Below are positions 20,590 through 30,632 of a DNA stretch of 64,000 nucleotides, piece by piece (position 1 is the first letter of the stretch; the number at the start of each line of letters is the position of its first letter). The notes beneath the pieces are model-generated. The model saw only the letters and a program-made list of their open reading frames with translations. It had not been told where the DNA came from and searched no databases. The DNA is from Opitutales bacterium (GTDB lineage: Bacteria > Verrucomicrobiota > Verrucomicrobiia > Opitutales > UBA2987). The stretch covers positions 544,001-608,000 of the forward strand of contig CBDDEL010000016.1 in assembly GCA_965226885.1 (NCBI GenBank), written 5' to 3'. Both the position numbers and the translations under genes were made by a program.

Positions 20590-21447
20590 CACACTAATCA
20601 ATAAACAATGAATATAAGAGAATCCCGTGTCCAACAAATCCAGTACACGTCATTCAGTGTTGGGACGACGCTTGCGCCTTTTCCTGCCGGAATGGCTTTG
20701 TCAACATCATCTTCATAGGCCCAGTCCACGATCTTGATTGAGGTGCTGTTGGCCGCAAGGTTGACCCGGATCCAGCCGAAGTGCTCGCCATCTTCATTCG
20801 TAAACCGGACGCCGATGAACTTGTTGGTACCATCGGGGAAAGGGCCAGAATTATCTAAGCCCAAAGCAGCAGGGTCGCGAGAATACCAGAATCCATTCGC
20901 GCCAGAGTTGGTGATGTTGGCAATATTGTAGTTTGCGCTCAAGGGCTTGGCAACGGGAATGGGATTAAAGCCCTCATAGGTGTATTTACCGGTAGTGTAT
21001 TTAATTATGCCCGCATACTCACCTTCAGGATAGATGATGGCGCCGAAGCCTTCTTCGGGTATGTATAAATGGGTTCTATAAAAGTCAACATCATCGTTTT
21101 CGTCCATATAGATTGGCGTATACCTATAATCAAAGCCTTCTTCCGACGTGGCCGTTAGCATAATATCCCTCACGCCGCTATAAACTATGGTGGCTTCGGC
21201 CGCAGGGGCGATGGCTAGGGCGGCGCCACCGGCGGCGGCGCTGGCTAGGGCGAGATTTCCGGGTCCGGGCCTTGCCAGACCTTTACTTCGACCATTCCCT
21301 GCCGCAAGGGCCGATGCCCGGTAGGCATCGAGCTTGTCCTTTAAATCAGTGATTTTCTTAACTGCTGGCTTTTTCTTCATCATGTAGGAGATTTATGGAT
21401 TAACTGACAGACTTGTACAATCTAGGGTAGAAAGCAGACTGGATTTT

Positions 21448-21476
21448 CATATACCCTTAGATGACCTGCATGTCAA
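21448..21476 (-). promoter_or_regulatory. Candidate sigma70 promoter of the IPTL-CTERM gene
   Basis: TTGACA-N17-TATATG on the minus strand, 65 nt before the ATG. Confidence 0.4.
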
Positions 21477-21847
21477 TAAAATCTGCCCCTAGGTGGTTTC
21501 TGGCAGATCAGTTGCAACACCAATTCAGGGGTTCATTCCCCCCCTTTCAAAAAAATTTTGATCGGCAATTTACTAATACGTGTATGCTTCCTGAAAACCC
21601 CTTTTGTAAAATTTCTAGGATAGATGGATTGACCAATACGTATATCGCCACCAGGGAAATCAACCGACCCCCCCCGCCCCCTTCGGCTGTCCTGACATTT
21701 TATAGCCATTCCTATCAAGTTTCTGGCCGTTCCTTACCTTTTAATTCCATTCAGTGCCCAAACGGTGGATGGCCTGTAAACCCCATAAACAAGCGGTATA
21801 CCCCATAAATAAAGGGCTGGAAGCTGTTCTACGATCTACTGCTGTTG

Positions 21848-21896
21848 ACGGATTCTGGTTCCGTCTTTCAAGGTTCGAATCCTTGTCGGGCAGCCA
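21848..21896 (+). tRNA. 3' half of tRNA-Gln(CTG); att-site remnant, not a full tRNA
   Basis: Anticodon arm ACGGA-TTCTGGT-TCCGT, T arm CAAGG-TTCGAAT-CCTTG, end ...GGGCAGCCA; no D arm or 5' acceptor strand upstream. Confidence 0.8.
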
Positions 21897-21928
21897 TTAT
21901 TTGGCTCGATAGAACCAAATTTGCGCGT

Positions 21929-23068
21929 TTAAAATTTGGCCGGATCCCATATCGTCGCTGCAATGTGCTGCTCGTAATTTTTTACGTTCGCAAAATAGTA
22001 AATGGTTACGATTTTGCCATCCGCCCGCACGAGGGAGCGGGGATAGCCGAGATCGTATTTGCGGCCATCGTCCCGCAGGATGACTTCCCTGCCCCAGCTT
22101 TTGCCGTTGTCGTCGCTTAGGCGGGCCCGTATGCCGAAGGGAACCCCCCGGTATCCATAGGTGGCCGCAATACGGCCATTGGGCAAACGCACCATCGCAG
22201 GAGGATTGCCGTTGTGCAGGATGGTGTCTGTATAGGCCACCCGGCTGAGGAATTCCCAGGAGGCGCCGTTGTCGGAAGAACCATAGGCGTCCACCCAATT
22301 AACATCATTGCGGAATTCGGTATTGAGATCGATCCGCCGCCTCAGAACGGATACCAATTCCGTTTCCGAAACCCGCACTGTCGATGGCATGACCGAACGC
22401 ACTGTGAGCGGTTCGCCAGTCATCCAGGAAAGGAACTCGGCATTTTTACCCCCATCCTGTAAACGGATGCAAAATGCGCGATCCTGTAAGCTCTCCTCGG
22501 TTCGCACCTTTCTTTCTCTGGACGACAAAAAAACCAGGCAGGTGTCCTTGTCTTCAACAATGTAATCCGTGCGTGCGGTCAACTCAAGGCCCATGCCAAA
22601 ATCCGGCAGGCTATAGGGTACGCTCCAATTGTGGCCGCGGTCATAGGAAACCTGAAAATACACCCGGTTGACCACCATGGCAAAATCGGGATGGGTAAAA
22701 TCGATCCCGCCGGGACAAGGTATCGCGCCTTTTCCATTGAGATCGTCGCGTTCTTCAACGGTCCAGGTTTCACCGCCGTCGAGGCTTCGCCCCAGCGAGC
22801 TGTGGCTCGGCTTGTTTTTGTTGATGGAGTGATTGTCCTTTTTGTCCTCAAAATAGCCCTTTTTAAAACCAACCAGGATTTCGTCCCCCCAATTCCAGGC
22901 GCCGGCATTGGCCGGCCAACCCCCGAACCGTCCCGGCTCGTAATAGACAATGACGTTCTCCATTGCCTCTGATTCTCCCGCCACTGCTTCTTCCAGGGAA
23001 AATCCGCCTAAAAACATTAAACCGGTTAGAAAAATACCCATACACGTCGGTAAAGAATTCATCTTCAT
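21929..23068 (-). CDS. Exported sialidase-family / BNR-repeat protein
   Basis: Signal peptide; Asp-boxes SLDGGETW, SYDRGHNW, SSDNGASW, SDDNGKSW; DLGYP. Confidence 0.85.
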   Translation of the reverse strand: MKMNSLPTCMGIFLTGLMFLGGFSLEEAVAGESEAMENVIVYYEPGRFGGWPANAGAWNWGDEILVGFKKGYFEDKKDNHSINKNKPSHSSLGRSLDGGETWTVEERDDLNGKGAIPCPGGIDFTHPDFAMVVNRVYFQVSYDRGHNWSVPYSLPDFGMGLELTARTDYIVEDKDTCLVFLSSRERKVRTEESLQDRAFCIRLQDGGKNAEFLSWMTGEPLTVRSVMPSTVRVSETELVSVLRRRIDLNTEFRNDVNWVDAYGSSDNGASWEFLSRVAYTDTILHNGNPPAMVRLPNGRIAATYGYRGVPFGIRARLSDDNGKSWGREVILRDDGRKYDLGYPRSLVRADGKIVTIYYFANVKNYEQHIAATIWDPAKF

Positions 23069-23257
23069 GTTGCCTGCCCTCCTGATATACTGTTTGAAAG
23101 TTGTCTGTTGAGAATACAAAACAATACAATGTCAAACAGACTGATAATCAGCACAACTACTTTTTTTCGGTTTAACAGAATAGCCGGAAAATCGTGATGG
23201 AAAAACCGAAATCCTGTTCAGTTTAGACTCCCATGTCCTGGGAAAGGAAGGGAGAAT

Positions 23258-23731
23258 TTAAAGCGCCCGGTAGGAGTAGTCGTAAAGACCGTCCTTGGTG
23301 TAGAAGGTCACATAATCTTGCGAGTGAGTCCTTCCCCGCAAATCTGTCCAGCCCACCTGCAGCCGAATTTGCTTTTGAGAGCCTCCCAGAGAGGTAACGA
23401 AGCGAAAGCAGGTGGGGTCTCGCAAAGGAATGGTAGAAAAGTTATCCAGCGGATCAAAATCGTCTTTTCCAGGAAGGCTGGAAACTTCATTCCAAGTCAT
23501 GAGGTGGATATCATCCATTTCACTTTGCAATAGCTGCGAGGCGAAATTGGCACTCTGGACATTCTCCTGAATCAACATAGCTTGCCCCAAACCGCTGAAA
23601 CTGCCGGCCAGGACAAGGGCCAGGACGGTCGAGCCGACCATCAATTCGACTAGCGAAAACCCCTGTTTTTGTTGGGTAAAAAGCGATTCGTTTCGCCTTT
23701 TTGACAACCCGTATTTATCCAACCTTTTCAT
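23258..23731 (-). CDS. Prepilin-type N-terminal cleavage/methylation protein (pseudopilin)
   Basis: QQGFSLVELMV followed by a hydrophobic helix. Confidence 0.85.
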   Translation of the reverse strand: MKRLDKYGLSKRRNESLFTQQKQGFSLVELMVGSTVLALVLAGSFSGLGQAMLIQENVQSANFASQLLQSEMDDIHLMTWNEVSSLPGKDDFDPLDNFSTIPLRDPTCFRFVTSLGGSQKQIRLQVGWTDLRGRTHSQDYVTFYTKDGLYDYSYRAL

Positions 23732-23748
23732 TTGTTAATTTATAAATG

Positions 23749-23764
23749 TAGGGGAATTACCCTA
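23749..23764. promoter_or_regulatory. Palindromic box upstream of the pseudopilin gene
   Basis: TAGGG-GAATTA-CCCTA, 18 nt upstream of the start codon. Confidence 0.4.
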
Positions 23765-23999
23765 TTTGTCGAGCAAAAACATTGTAAAAAAAGTATGAAA
23801 ATTATTACGAAAGTGAATGATTTCAAAGGATTTACGTGATTTTTTTACAGTTTTTTAACAATTCGCCCATAATGAGCATAAGTGATTGATTTTTTTAACG
23901 GCACTCTGTCAATTTCGTTAAACTACAACTGAAAAAAAATACCCTACGCATTTTCGTTTGCCCTGGCTCACCCGATTTTTCTAGCCTTGCAGCTTTTAC

Positions 24000-25043
24000 A
24001 TGTCCGAATATAAGCAAATGATGAAAAGTAGAACGTGGATAAGCGGATCGCGTATCGGTTTGCTTTTTCTCGCAATGTGTTTCGCTTTCGGCCAGCCCGA
24101 AACCGGGTTTGCAATGTGGGGTAAAAAAAGGAAGCAGGCCAAGAAAAAATTGGTGGCGCCCATAGGTCCGCAAATCGGCCAAGATTACATCCTCGAACTG
24201 CCGGGGGGAGAAAAACTGGAACTCCTCTGGGTTGACCCCGGGAAATTCAAGATGGGTTCTCCGCACGATGAACGGGGAAGAGGAAACGATGAAACGCCCC
24301 ACCAGGTTGAGTTGACGAGCGGTTTCTGGCTTGGCAAATTTGAAGTTACCCAAGGACAATGGGAAGCGGTTATGGAGGAAAACCCGAGCAATTTTTCTGC
24401 CGCCGGTAAAAACGCTCCAATAGAAAAAGTCAGTTGGAATAATGTATTGAAATTTAGTCAAAAAGTGACGGAACAAGAACGCGGCGAAAAACGTCTTCCG
24501 CCGGGTTTTGAATATACTTTGCCGCTCGAGGCGCAATGGGAATATGCCTGCCGGGCCGGAACGGAAAAGGCTCTCTATACCGGGGTCTTAAATGTCGAAG
24601 GCGAGCGCAACGGCCCGGAGCTCGATCCCATCGCCTGGTATGGCGGCAACAGCGGCGTGGACTACGATGGCGGCCATAACTCCGGCGGATGGAAAGAAAA
24701 GCAGCATGACCACCGCAAGGCCGGAACTCATACAGTTGGGATGAAGCAGCCCAACAGCTGGGGATTTCATGATATGATAGGCAATGTTTACGAACTGTGT
24801 TACGACTGGTACGGCAAATATCCCAAGGGGCCGGCCCTCGATCCCCAAGGACCGCCGAAGGGCAGCAAGCGAGTCATTCGCGGCGGCGGCTGGTTCAGCA
24901 AGGCCGGGAAATGCCGATCCGCCAACCGCAATGATCGCACACCAGTATTTGGGAACAGCTCCGTGGGCTTTCGCCTGTCCTTGAGAAAATTTCAAAATAA
25001 AGTAAAAGAAAATAAGCCAACAACAAAAACAATGGATGGTTGA
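24000..25043 (+). CDS. Formylglycine-generating-enzyme (SUMF1/FGE-sulfatase) domain protein
   Basis: FKMGSP, KFEVTQGQW, LPLEAQWEYACRAG, DMIGNVYE, RGGGW, GFRL. Confidence 0.92.
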   Translation: MSEYKQMMKSRTWISGSRIGLLFLAMCFAFGQPETGFAMWGKKRKQAKKKLVAPIGPQIGQDYILELPGGEKLELLWVDPGKFKMGSPHDERGRGNDETPHQVELTSGFWLGKFEVTQGQWEAVMEENPSNFSAAGKNAPIEKVSWNNVLKFSQKVTEQERGEKRLPPGFEYTLPLEAQWEYACRAGTEKALYTGVLNVEGERNGPELDPIAWYGGNSGVDYDGGHNSGGWKEKQHDHRKAGTHTVGMKQPNSWGFHDMIGNVYELCYDWYGKYPKGPALDPQGPPKGSKRVIRGGGWFSKAGKCRSANRNDRTPVFGNSSVGFRLSLRKFQNKVKENKPTTKTMDG

Positions 25044-25192
25044 ACTCTCCTCAATAATTCACAAAACCGAAGATGACGCAGATACAGAAAGCGCCCTTCG
25101 CGCGCTATTCAGCAAATTATCCATGACCCATGATGGTCTCCGTGGTTAAAAAAATGAAGAATCAATCAGTCTCATTTTCAGTGACTATTTTA

Positions 25193-27051
25193 GAGGCTGT
25201 CCCAAAAATATAAAGATTTTATAGTCAACTGGATGACGTTGATAAAAAGAGCCGGAAAGAGCAAGTTTTTGCTCGATCCGGCCAAAAAAGGGTTCTATAA
25301 TTGAGTTAGCGAAAATCAATATAGCTAGCCCTTTCTATGCCCTTTCTATGAATAGCCCTTTCTATGCCCTTTCTATGAAAAATATAGCCATCCAATGCCT
25401 CCTGCGTCCAGCTTTAACTGTGGTCGACCGGTGCCTCGATTACGATAACTTCCGCGCCACCATTGATCGAATCGATCGGCTGCTGATCGACTCGGAGGTG
25501 GAATCGCAGGCCATTGAGCTGGCCTTGGAGGGGTGGCCGCCAATGGGTCTAAAGGCCCGGCGGCAGCGGGCCAGTTTTGCCATCAAGGCACTGCGCATGG
25601 ATACGCTGGGCCGTCTGCTCGGAGGGATTTCGTTTCGGCATTTGTCGCGGGCTCTGGGCAGCAGCGATCTGTTGGCCGACTTTTGCCGTGTCCGGCAGAT
25701 CGATGGCATCAGGGGCATCTCCAAAAGCACCCTGGAGCGGGCCTCGAAGTTTTTCAGCGAAGAGCAGTTGAGGGCCTTGCACCGGACCTTGACTGAGGTG
25801 GTGGGCGATGCCCTTCTGGCCCGGCAGGTGGGATTGGACAAGCCGATTGACACCACCATTTGCCTGATCGACGGCACCTGTTTGGAGGCTAACATTCATT
25901 GGCCGACGGACTGGGTATTACTCAAGGATGTAGCCGGCACGTTGCTCAAAGCGATCCGGCTGATCCGCGAGAAGGCCGGTTTGCGCCATCGCATGCCGAT
26001 CGAACCGGAGCCCTTGGCTCGGCAGATGAATCGGCTGTGCATACAGATGACCCACAGCCGGCGGCGAAAGGACAGCGCGCGGCAGCGCAAGGGTATCTTG
26101 AGGCAGATGAAAAAGCTGCTCAAACGGATCGGGGAGCATGCCCGCAGTCACCGGGAATTATTGCAAGCCTGCTGGGAGCAAAGCGATTACAGCGAAAAAC
26201 AGGTCCAACAGATCCTCGCCCGGATGGAGCGCATGAGCGAGCAAATCCCGGTGGTCATCAAACAGGCGCACGAGCGGATCATTGGCGGCCGCCAGGTGAA
26301 AAACGCAGAGAAAGTCTTGAGTGTTTACGAACTCGATGGGCAGGTGATTGTGCGAGGTAAAGCGGGCCAAGAGGTCGAGTTCGGCAACACCCTGTTTTTG
26401 GGAGAAAGCGTTGAAGGGTACCTGCTGGACTGGAAACTCTACGGCAGCCGAACTCCAAGCGAAAATGAACAAATGCAAGAGAGTTTGCAAAGACAGAACC
26501 GCTTCAACCTGGAAGAACCCATAGCGGCCATGTGCGCGGACCGGGGATTTGCCTCCCAGCGGGCCCGCCGGCAGTTAGCCCAGGAGGGAATCTACGACGC
26601 GCTCTGTCCACGCGATCCGAAGCAGTTGAAAAAACGGATGGAGGAACCACTGTTCAGGCAATTGCAAAAGCGCCGGGCCAGCACCGAAGGGCGGATCGGG
26701 GTATTGAAGAATCGCTGGCAGGCCGGGCGGTTGCGCAGCAAAGGCTTTGCCAACCGCTCGATCAGCGTAGCCTGGTCGGTACTCTCGCACAACCTATGGA
26801 AAGTAGCCAAGATGCTGGCCCAGCAAGACGAACTAAAAACCAAAGCGGCGGCCTAGAGAGCGGAAAAGCAAGGACAATACTTTTTCACAGCCTTACTGTC
26901 GGCTCATACAAAGAAAACCAGGCAACCGGACCCCAAAACCAGTATCCTAACGTCATAGGAGAGCAAAGTTGATACTCTCCCAAATGCAAATACCTCTAAA
27001 ATGAGCGCCTATCAAAAGCCCTCGCAAAAATCACCCTTTTGGGACAGCCTC
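25193..27051 (+). mobile_element. IS5-like copy 2
   Basis: 15-bp TIR GAGGCTGTCCCAAAA at both ends; flanks not duplicated. Confidence 0.94.
25375..26856 (+). CDS. IS5-family DDE transposase
   Basis: IDGTCLEANIHWPTD..LL, RGKAGQEVEFG, ADRGF, RRASTEGRIGVLK. Confidence 0.88.
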   Translation: MKNIAIQCLLRPALTVVDRCLDYDNFRATIDRIDRLLIDSEVESQAIELALEGWPPMGLKARRQRASFAIKALRMDTLGRLLGGISFRHLSRALGSSDLLADFCRVRQIDGIRGISKSTLERASKFFSEEQLRALHRTLTEVVGDALLARQVGLDKPIDTTICLIDGTCLEANIHWPTDWVLLKDVAGTLLKAIRLIREKAGLRHRMPIEPEPLARQMNRLCIQMTHSRRRKDSARQRKGILRQMKKLLKRIGEHARSHRELLQACWEQSDYSEKQVQQILARMERMSEQIPVVIKQAHERIIGGRQVKNAEKVLSVYELDGQVIVRGKAGQEVEFGNTLFLGESVEGYLLDWKLYGSRTPSENEQMQESLQRQNRFNLEEPIAAMCADRGFASQRARRQLAQEGIYDALCPRDPKQLKKRMEEPLFRQLQKRRASTEGRIGVLKNRWQAGRLRSKGFANRSISVAWSVLSHNLWKVAKMLAQQDELKTKAAA

Positions 27052-27142
27052 TATAATAGCATAAATAGTATAAAAAGGGAATAGGGTAAACACTTCCCAT
27101 AAGTAAAACAATTACCCTACTAATACTTTACAACAGCATTTT

Positions 27143-27775
27143 TCAAGGCCGCAACAATGGAACGAACCTAACTTGTAGTTTTTCCAGGGCCGTAAATCCG
27201 GTTTTCTCCTTTTTGTAGGCATATAGTATCTGGCATGGCTCCGGCCCAACCGGTATTAGAAGCCTCCCTCCGGTTTTTACCTGAGCCTCCAGCTGGGGCG
27301 GCACCGAATCCACCCGGCAGGTGACTATTATCCGGTCGAATGGGGCTTCCTCGGGCCATCCGCCATAGCCGTCCCCGCACCGAAATTCGATATTTTCATA
27401 ACCTAGTAGCTGCAATAAGTTTTGCCCCTCTTCATAGAGGAAAGGATGAAACTCAATCGTATAGACCGAATCCACTATCTCGGCCAGGACAGCCGTTTGG
27501 TAACCGCTGCCGGTGCCAATTTCGAGTAATCGATGCTCCGGCTTCAAATCCAGCCATTCAGTCATCAATCCGACAATGTAGGGTTGTGAAATGGTTTGCC
27601 CGCAAGCTATCGGCAAGGCGCAATCCTTGTAGGCTTTGGACCGCAGGGAGGAGCCCACAAATAAGTGGCGGGGCACTTTTCGCAATGCATGAACAATATT
27701 CCGGTTTGTAATTTCGCCTACTTCGTAGCGTAGAAGCCGATTGACCAGACGATTGCGTTGTTCAGAATAATCCAT
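27143..27775 (-). CDS. pcm: Protein-L-isoaspartate O-methyltransferase
   Basis: VPRHLFV, GQTISQPY, LEIGTGSGYQTA, GDGYGGWPEEAPFDRI. Confidence 0.95.
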   Translation of the reverse strand: MDYSEQRNRLVNRLLRYEVGEITNRNIVHALRKVPRHLFVGSSLRSKAYKDCALPIACGQTISQPYIVGLMTEWLDLKPEHRLLEIGTGSGYQTAVLAEIVDSVYTIEFHPFLYEEGQNLLQLLGYENIEFRCGDGYGGWPEEAPFDRIIVTCRVDSVPPQLEAQVKTGGRLLIPVGPEPCQILYAYKKEKTGFTALEKLQVRFVPLLRP

Positions 27776-27907
27776 CCCGATTTCTATTTAACCACATTCG
27801 TGTCCACAGAGCAAACAAGAATGGACTGAGACTCTCAGTTGACTCTGGCAGCCAATTCCCTAATGGATACGAAGCCTCCCTGAAAAATTTAACGACCAAT
27901 CAAATCA

Positions 27908-28954
27908 ATGGCCGAATCTGAAAATTCTTCTCCCCTGCCGGTAAAATTCGTCCTCATCACCATGTACGAATTTGCGGGTGACGATCGCCCCGGCGAGTTC
28001 CAGTATTTTTGCGAGGCTGAGGGCTTGCAGGAGACTCACCAGCTCCCTGCCGGGGCCTTTCCCCTGTGGACAAACGATAGAGGGCTGCTGGGGCTGGTGC
28101 TCGGCATCGGGGCTGCCAAGTCGTCCGCTTCAACTATGGCCCTGGGCCTGGATCCGCGGTTCGACCTCAGTCGCGCTTATATCATGATTGCCGGAATCGC
28201 CGGGGTCAACCCTCGCCATTGTTCCCTCGGCAGCGTGGTGTGGGCCGATTGGTGCGTGGATGGCGATCTGGCCCACGAAATCGACCCAAGAGAAATGCCG
28301 GAGGATTGGGACACCGGTCTTTTCCCCCTAGGCGCTTTTGCTCCTTGGGCTCCCATTGTGAAAGGGTCCGATTATCTATTTCTGGAGGACGTTGAGGACG
28401 AAGTATATGCTTTAAATAAGGATCTGACGCATTGGGCTTATGAGTTAACACGATCAATCGAATTGAGCGATCTGGATACGCCCACTATGCGCGATTACCG
28501 GAACAGGTATGCTGGCTATCCGGAAGCTCAGCGGCCTCCTTTCGTCATGGTGGGCGGGAATATTGGAATCACCCGCTACTGGCATGGCAAAATAACCAGT
28601 GAATGGGCTGAAAAATGGGTGCAACACTATACCGGCGGCAAAGGCAAAATGGTAACGTCCACCATGGAAGACAACGGCACATTGAGAGCTTTAAGCAACC
28701 TGGCCACTGCGGGAAAAATCGATTGGAACCGGGTCATGCTCCTACGGACCGGAAGTAATTTTACCATGCAAGCGCCGGATGGACAAACCGCTCTGGAAAG
28801 TTTGCGATGCGACGGGGCGGGCAATGAGGTGATGTTTCCCGGTTATCTTTCCAGCCTCCGGTCCCTACAGCGGGCGGGAAGCAAAGTCATCAACGAGATA
28901 ATTGACAACTGGGATCGGTTTGAAAGTGAAATCCCCGGTTCCAATTCCGGTTAA
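27908..28954 (+). CDS. Purine nucleoside permease (NUP) family protein
   Basis: GDDRPGEFQ, LGLDPRFDLSRAY..AGIAG, YWHG, MED, LRTGSNF. Confidence 0.8.
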   Translation: MAESENSSPLPVKFVLITMYEFAGDDRPGEFQYFCEAEGLQETHQLPAGAFPLWTNDRGLLGLVLGIGAAKSSASTMALGLDPRFDLSRAYIMIAGIAGVNPRHCSLGSVVWADWCVDGDLAHEIDPREMPEDWDTGLFPLGAFAPWAPIVKGSDYLFLEDVEDEVYALNKDLTHWAYELTRSIELSDLDTPTMRDYRNRYAGYPEAQRPPFVMVGGNIGITRYWHGKITSEWAEKWVQHYTGGKGKMVTSTMEDNGTLRALSNLATAGKIDWNRVMLLRTGSNFTMQAPDGQTALESLRCDGAGNEVMFPGYLSSLRSLQRAGSKVINEIIDNWDRFESEIPGSNSG

Positions 28955-28960
28955 ACTGTG

Positions 28961-30245
28961 TCAGGCGCGTCTGGCGCAAATCCATTTTTGCACGGGAAAA
29001 GCCAAGGCTGCCGCGAGCAAGGCCGAAGCGCCCAGAATAATACCTTCCGGCGGCAACGGAATTCCCAAGGCGACAGCCGCGGCTCGGGCCATGCTGGATA
29101 CTCCCAAAACCAGAGTAACAAAGACAACCGCGGCAGTGGCCAGGTTGGCCGGCAGCCGATTGATGCCCTGTGGGCCCATTAAACTTTTGTCATTGACGAC
29201 CAAAAATAAAAAGAGAGCCGCGCAGGGAAGGAAAATGCCGTTGAGGGCCTGGGCCAAAATGATCACCGGGATGGGTTTGATTTGGAGCAGCCCAAAAGTC
29301 GTTCCAATGAGCAAAACGCTCAGCCAGACGGCCCGGTAGCGCCAGGATTTTTCGGTCCAGGAGGGCTCATCAGGATTACTCAGAAGGCTTTTGGCGGTAA
29401 TGGCGGCGGCCAGAGGCGCCGTGATTGCGGAGGTAAACCCGGCCGAAGGCGAAAAAATGGGCGGCCCATCCGCCAATGCGAGTTGTCAGCACCTCGGCAA
29501 TGGCCTGGAAACTGAATTCCGTGCTGATTGTATAACCAACCACAACCACACCCATCGATATTACGCCCCCCAGAACGATGGCCACAACCAGTCCAAACCG
29601 CAATTCGGGCAAACTTTGGCCAGCCGCAATCCCGGAGCCCAGAAACAGGTTGTAGGGCACCACGGTAGTCCCGACGAGACCCAGAACGAGTAGCCCGGCC
29701 CCCGGCGGTATCTGCGGAATGAGGAGACCCTTGACAAATTCCTGGGGTGGCGGCTGCACCAGGATGGCGGTAACCAGAAAAACCATTCCCATCAGCCCCA
29801 CCGTCGCCCCCATTGCGTTGACCACCAGGCGTATGCTGCCGAACCAAAGGAGCAGCCCGGCCCCCAGGGCGATCATCAAGGTCAGCGCTGCCCCCGGCAA
29901 ATGGGTTCCCAGAGCGGCTCCGGCGACACCACCCAACAAATTCCCCGCCTCGTAAGCGGCACAACCCAAAAAGATGGTGCCTGCCACTGCCACCGGCAAA
30001 AAACGACCCAGGGAAAATCCGCTGCATTGCCGGCGGATGGCCTGCCCCAGGTTGAGGCCGGAAACCACGGTGACCCGGGCGGCCGCTTCCTGTAAAACCA
30101 GGCAGGCCAGGGTCGAAAAGAGAAGCGCCCAGAGAAGTGTCAGTCCGTGCTTTGCCCCCGCCGCAGCCGCCGTCGTTACGGTGCCAGGCCCGATGAAAGC
30201 GGCGGCGATGACCGACCAGTAGAGGACTCGCCATAGTCGCCGCAT
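28961..30245 (-). pseudogene. Nramp/MntH-family divalent metal transporter, frameshifted near 29440
   Basis: AAFIGPGTVTT, GTTVVPYNLFL in 29376-30245; continuation SAGFTSAITAP...AQALNG in the frame ending at 28961. Confidence 0.82.
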
Positions 30246-30261
30246 AATTTTTATAAAAACC

Positions 30262-30459
30262 CTATTCGGCGAAAAGCATCAAATGGATGGAACTGGCGGG
30301 AGGAATCGGCCCTCCGGCAAAACGGGCTTCGACCGCGGAAGTAATATTATCATGAAGTTCAGCCAGGTTGGCGCCCCCGGTATCAATCATGCGTTCATTC
30401 AGACAGGTGGCCGAATAAATGCCACTGTCGTTTTTGACAACTTCGAAGATCAATTCCAT
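30262..30459 (-). CDS. Small HicB-like protein
   Basis: MELIFEV...GIYSA...TGGANLAELHDNITSAV pattern. Confidence 0.55.
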   Translation of the reverse strand: MELIFEVVKNDSGIYSATCLNERMIDTGGANLAELHDNITSAVEARFAGGPIPPASSIHLMLFAE

Positions 30460-30632
30460 ATTTTGTGCTTGGATTTTTACAGGAAAAGTTTTCCTCAATG
30501 ATACATCGGCAAAAAAAAAGCAATCCTAAAAAGATTGCCGAAAGACGTTGAAAGTTCCCCATTCTGCTTAAAAGAATGAATCGAAAATGAAAAAAGGAAA
30601 GATTGCTGCCTGCCACTCAAACCTGAAATAGC

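Larger units (their letters stand above)
19328..20652 (+). mobile_element. IS3-A copy 3 (1325 bp), TSD TTCA
   Basis: Both ends present; TTCA on both flanks. Confidence 0.96.
19239..21383 (-). pseudogene. IPTL-CTERM sorting-domain surface protein, interrupted by IS3-A in its sorting signal
   Basis: Removing the IS and one TTCA restores ...VPTLNEWGIIVLMTLLAGAAAWKMNKPELLQA*; signal-like AAAGGAALAIAPAAEA; FIGVRF...HFGWIRV...DWAYE domain. Confidence 0.85.

Noticed and set aside
21848..21896. Functional tRNA gene
   Set aside because: The 5' acceptor strand and D arm are absent
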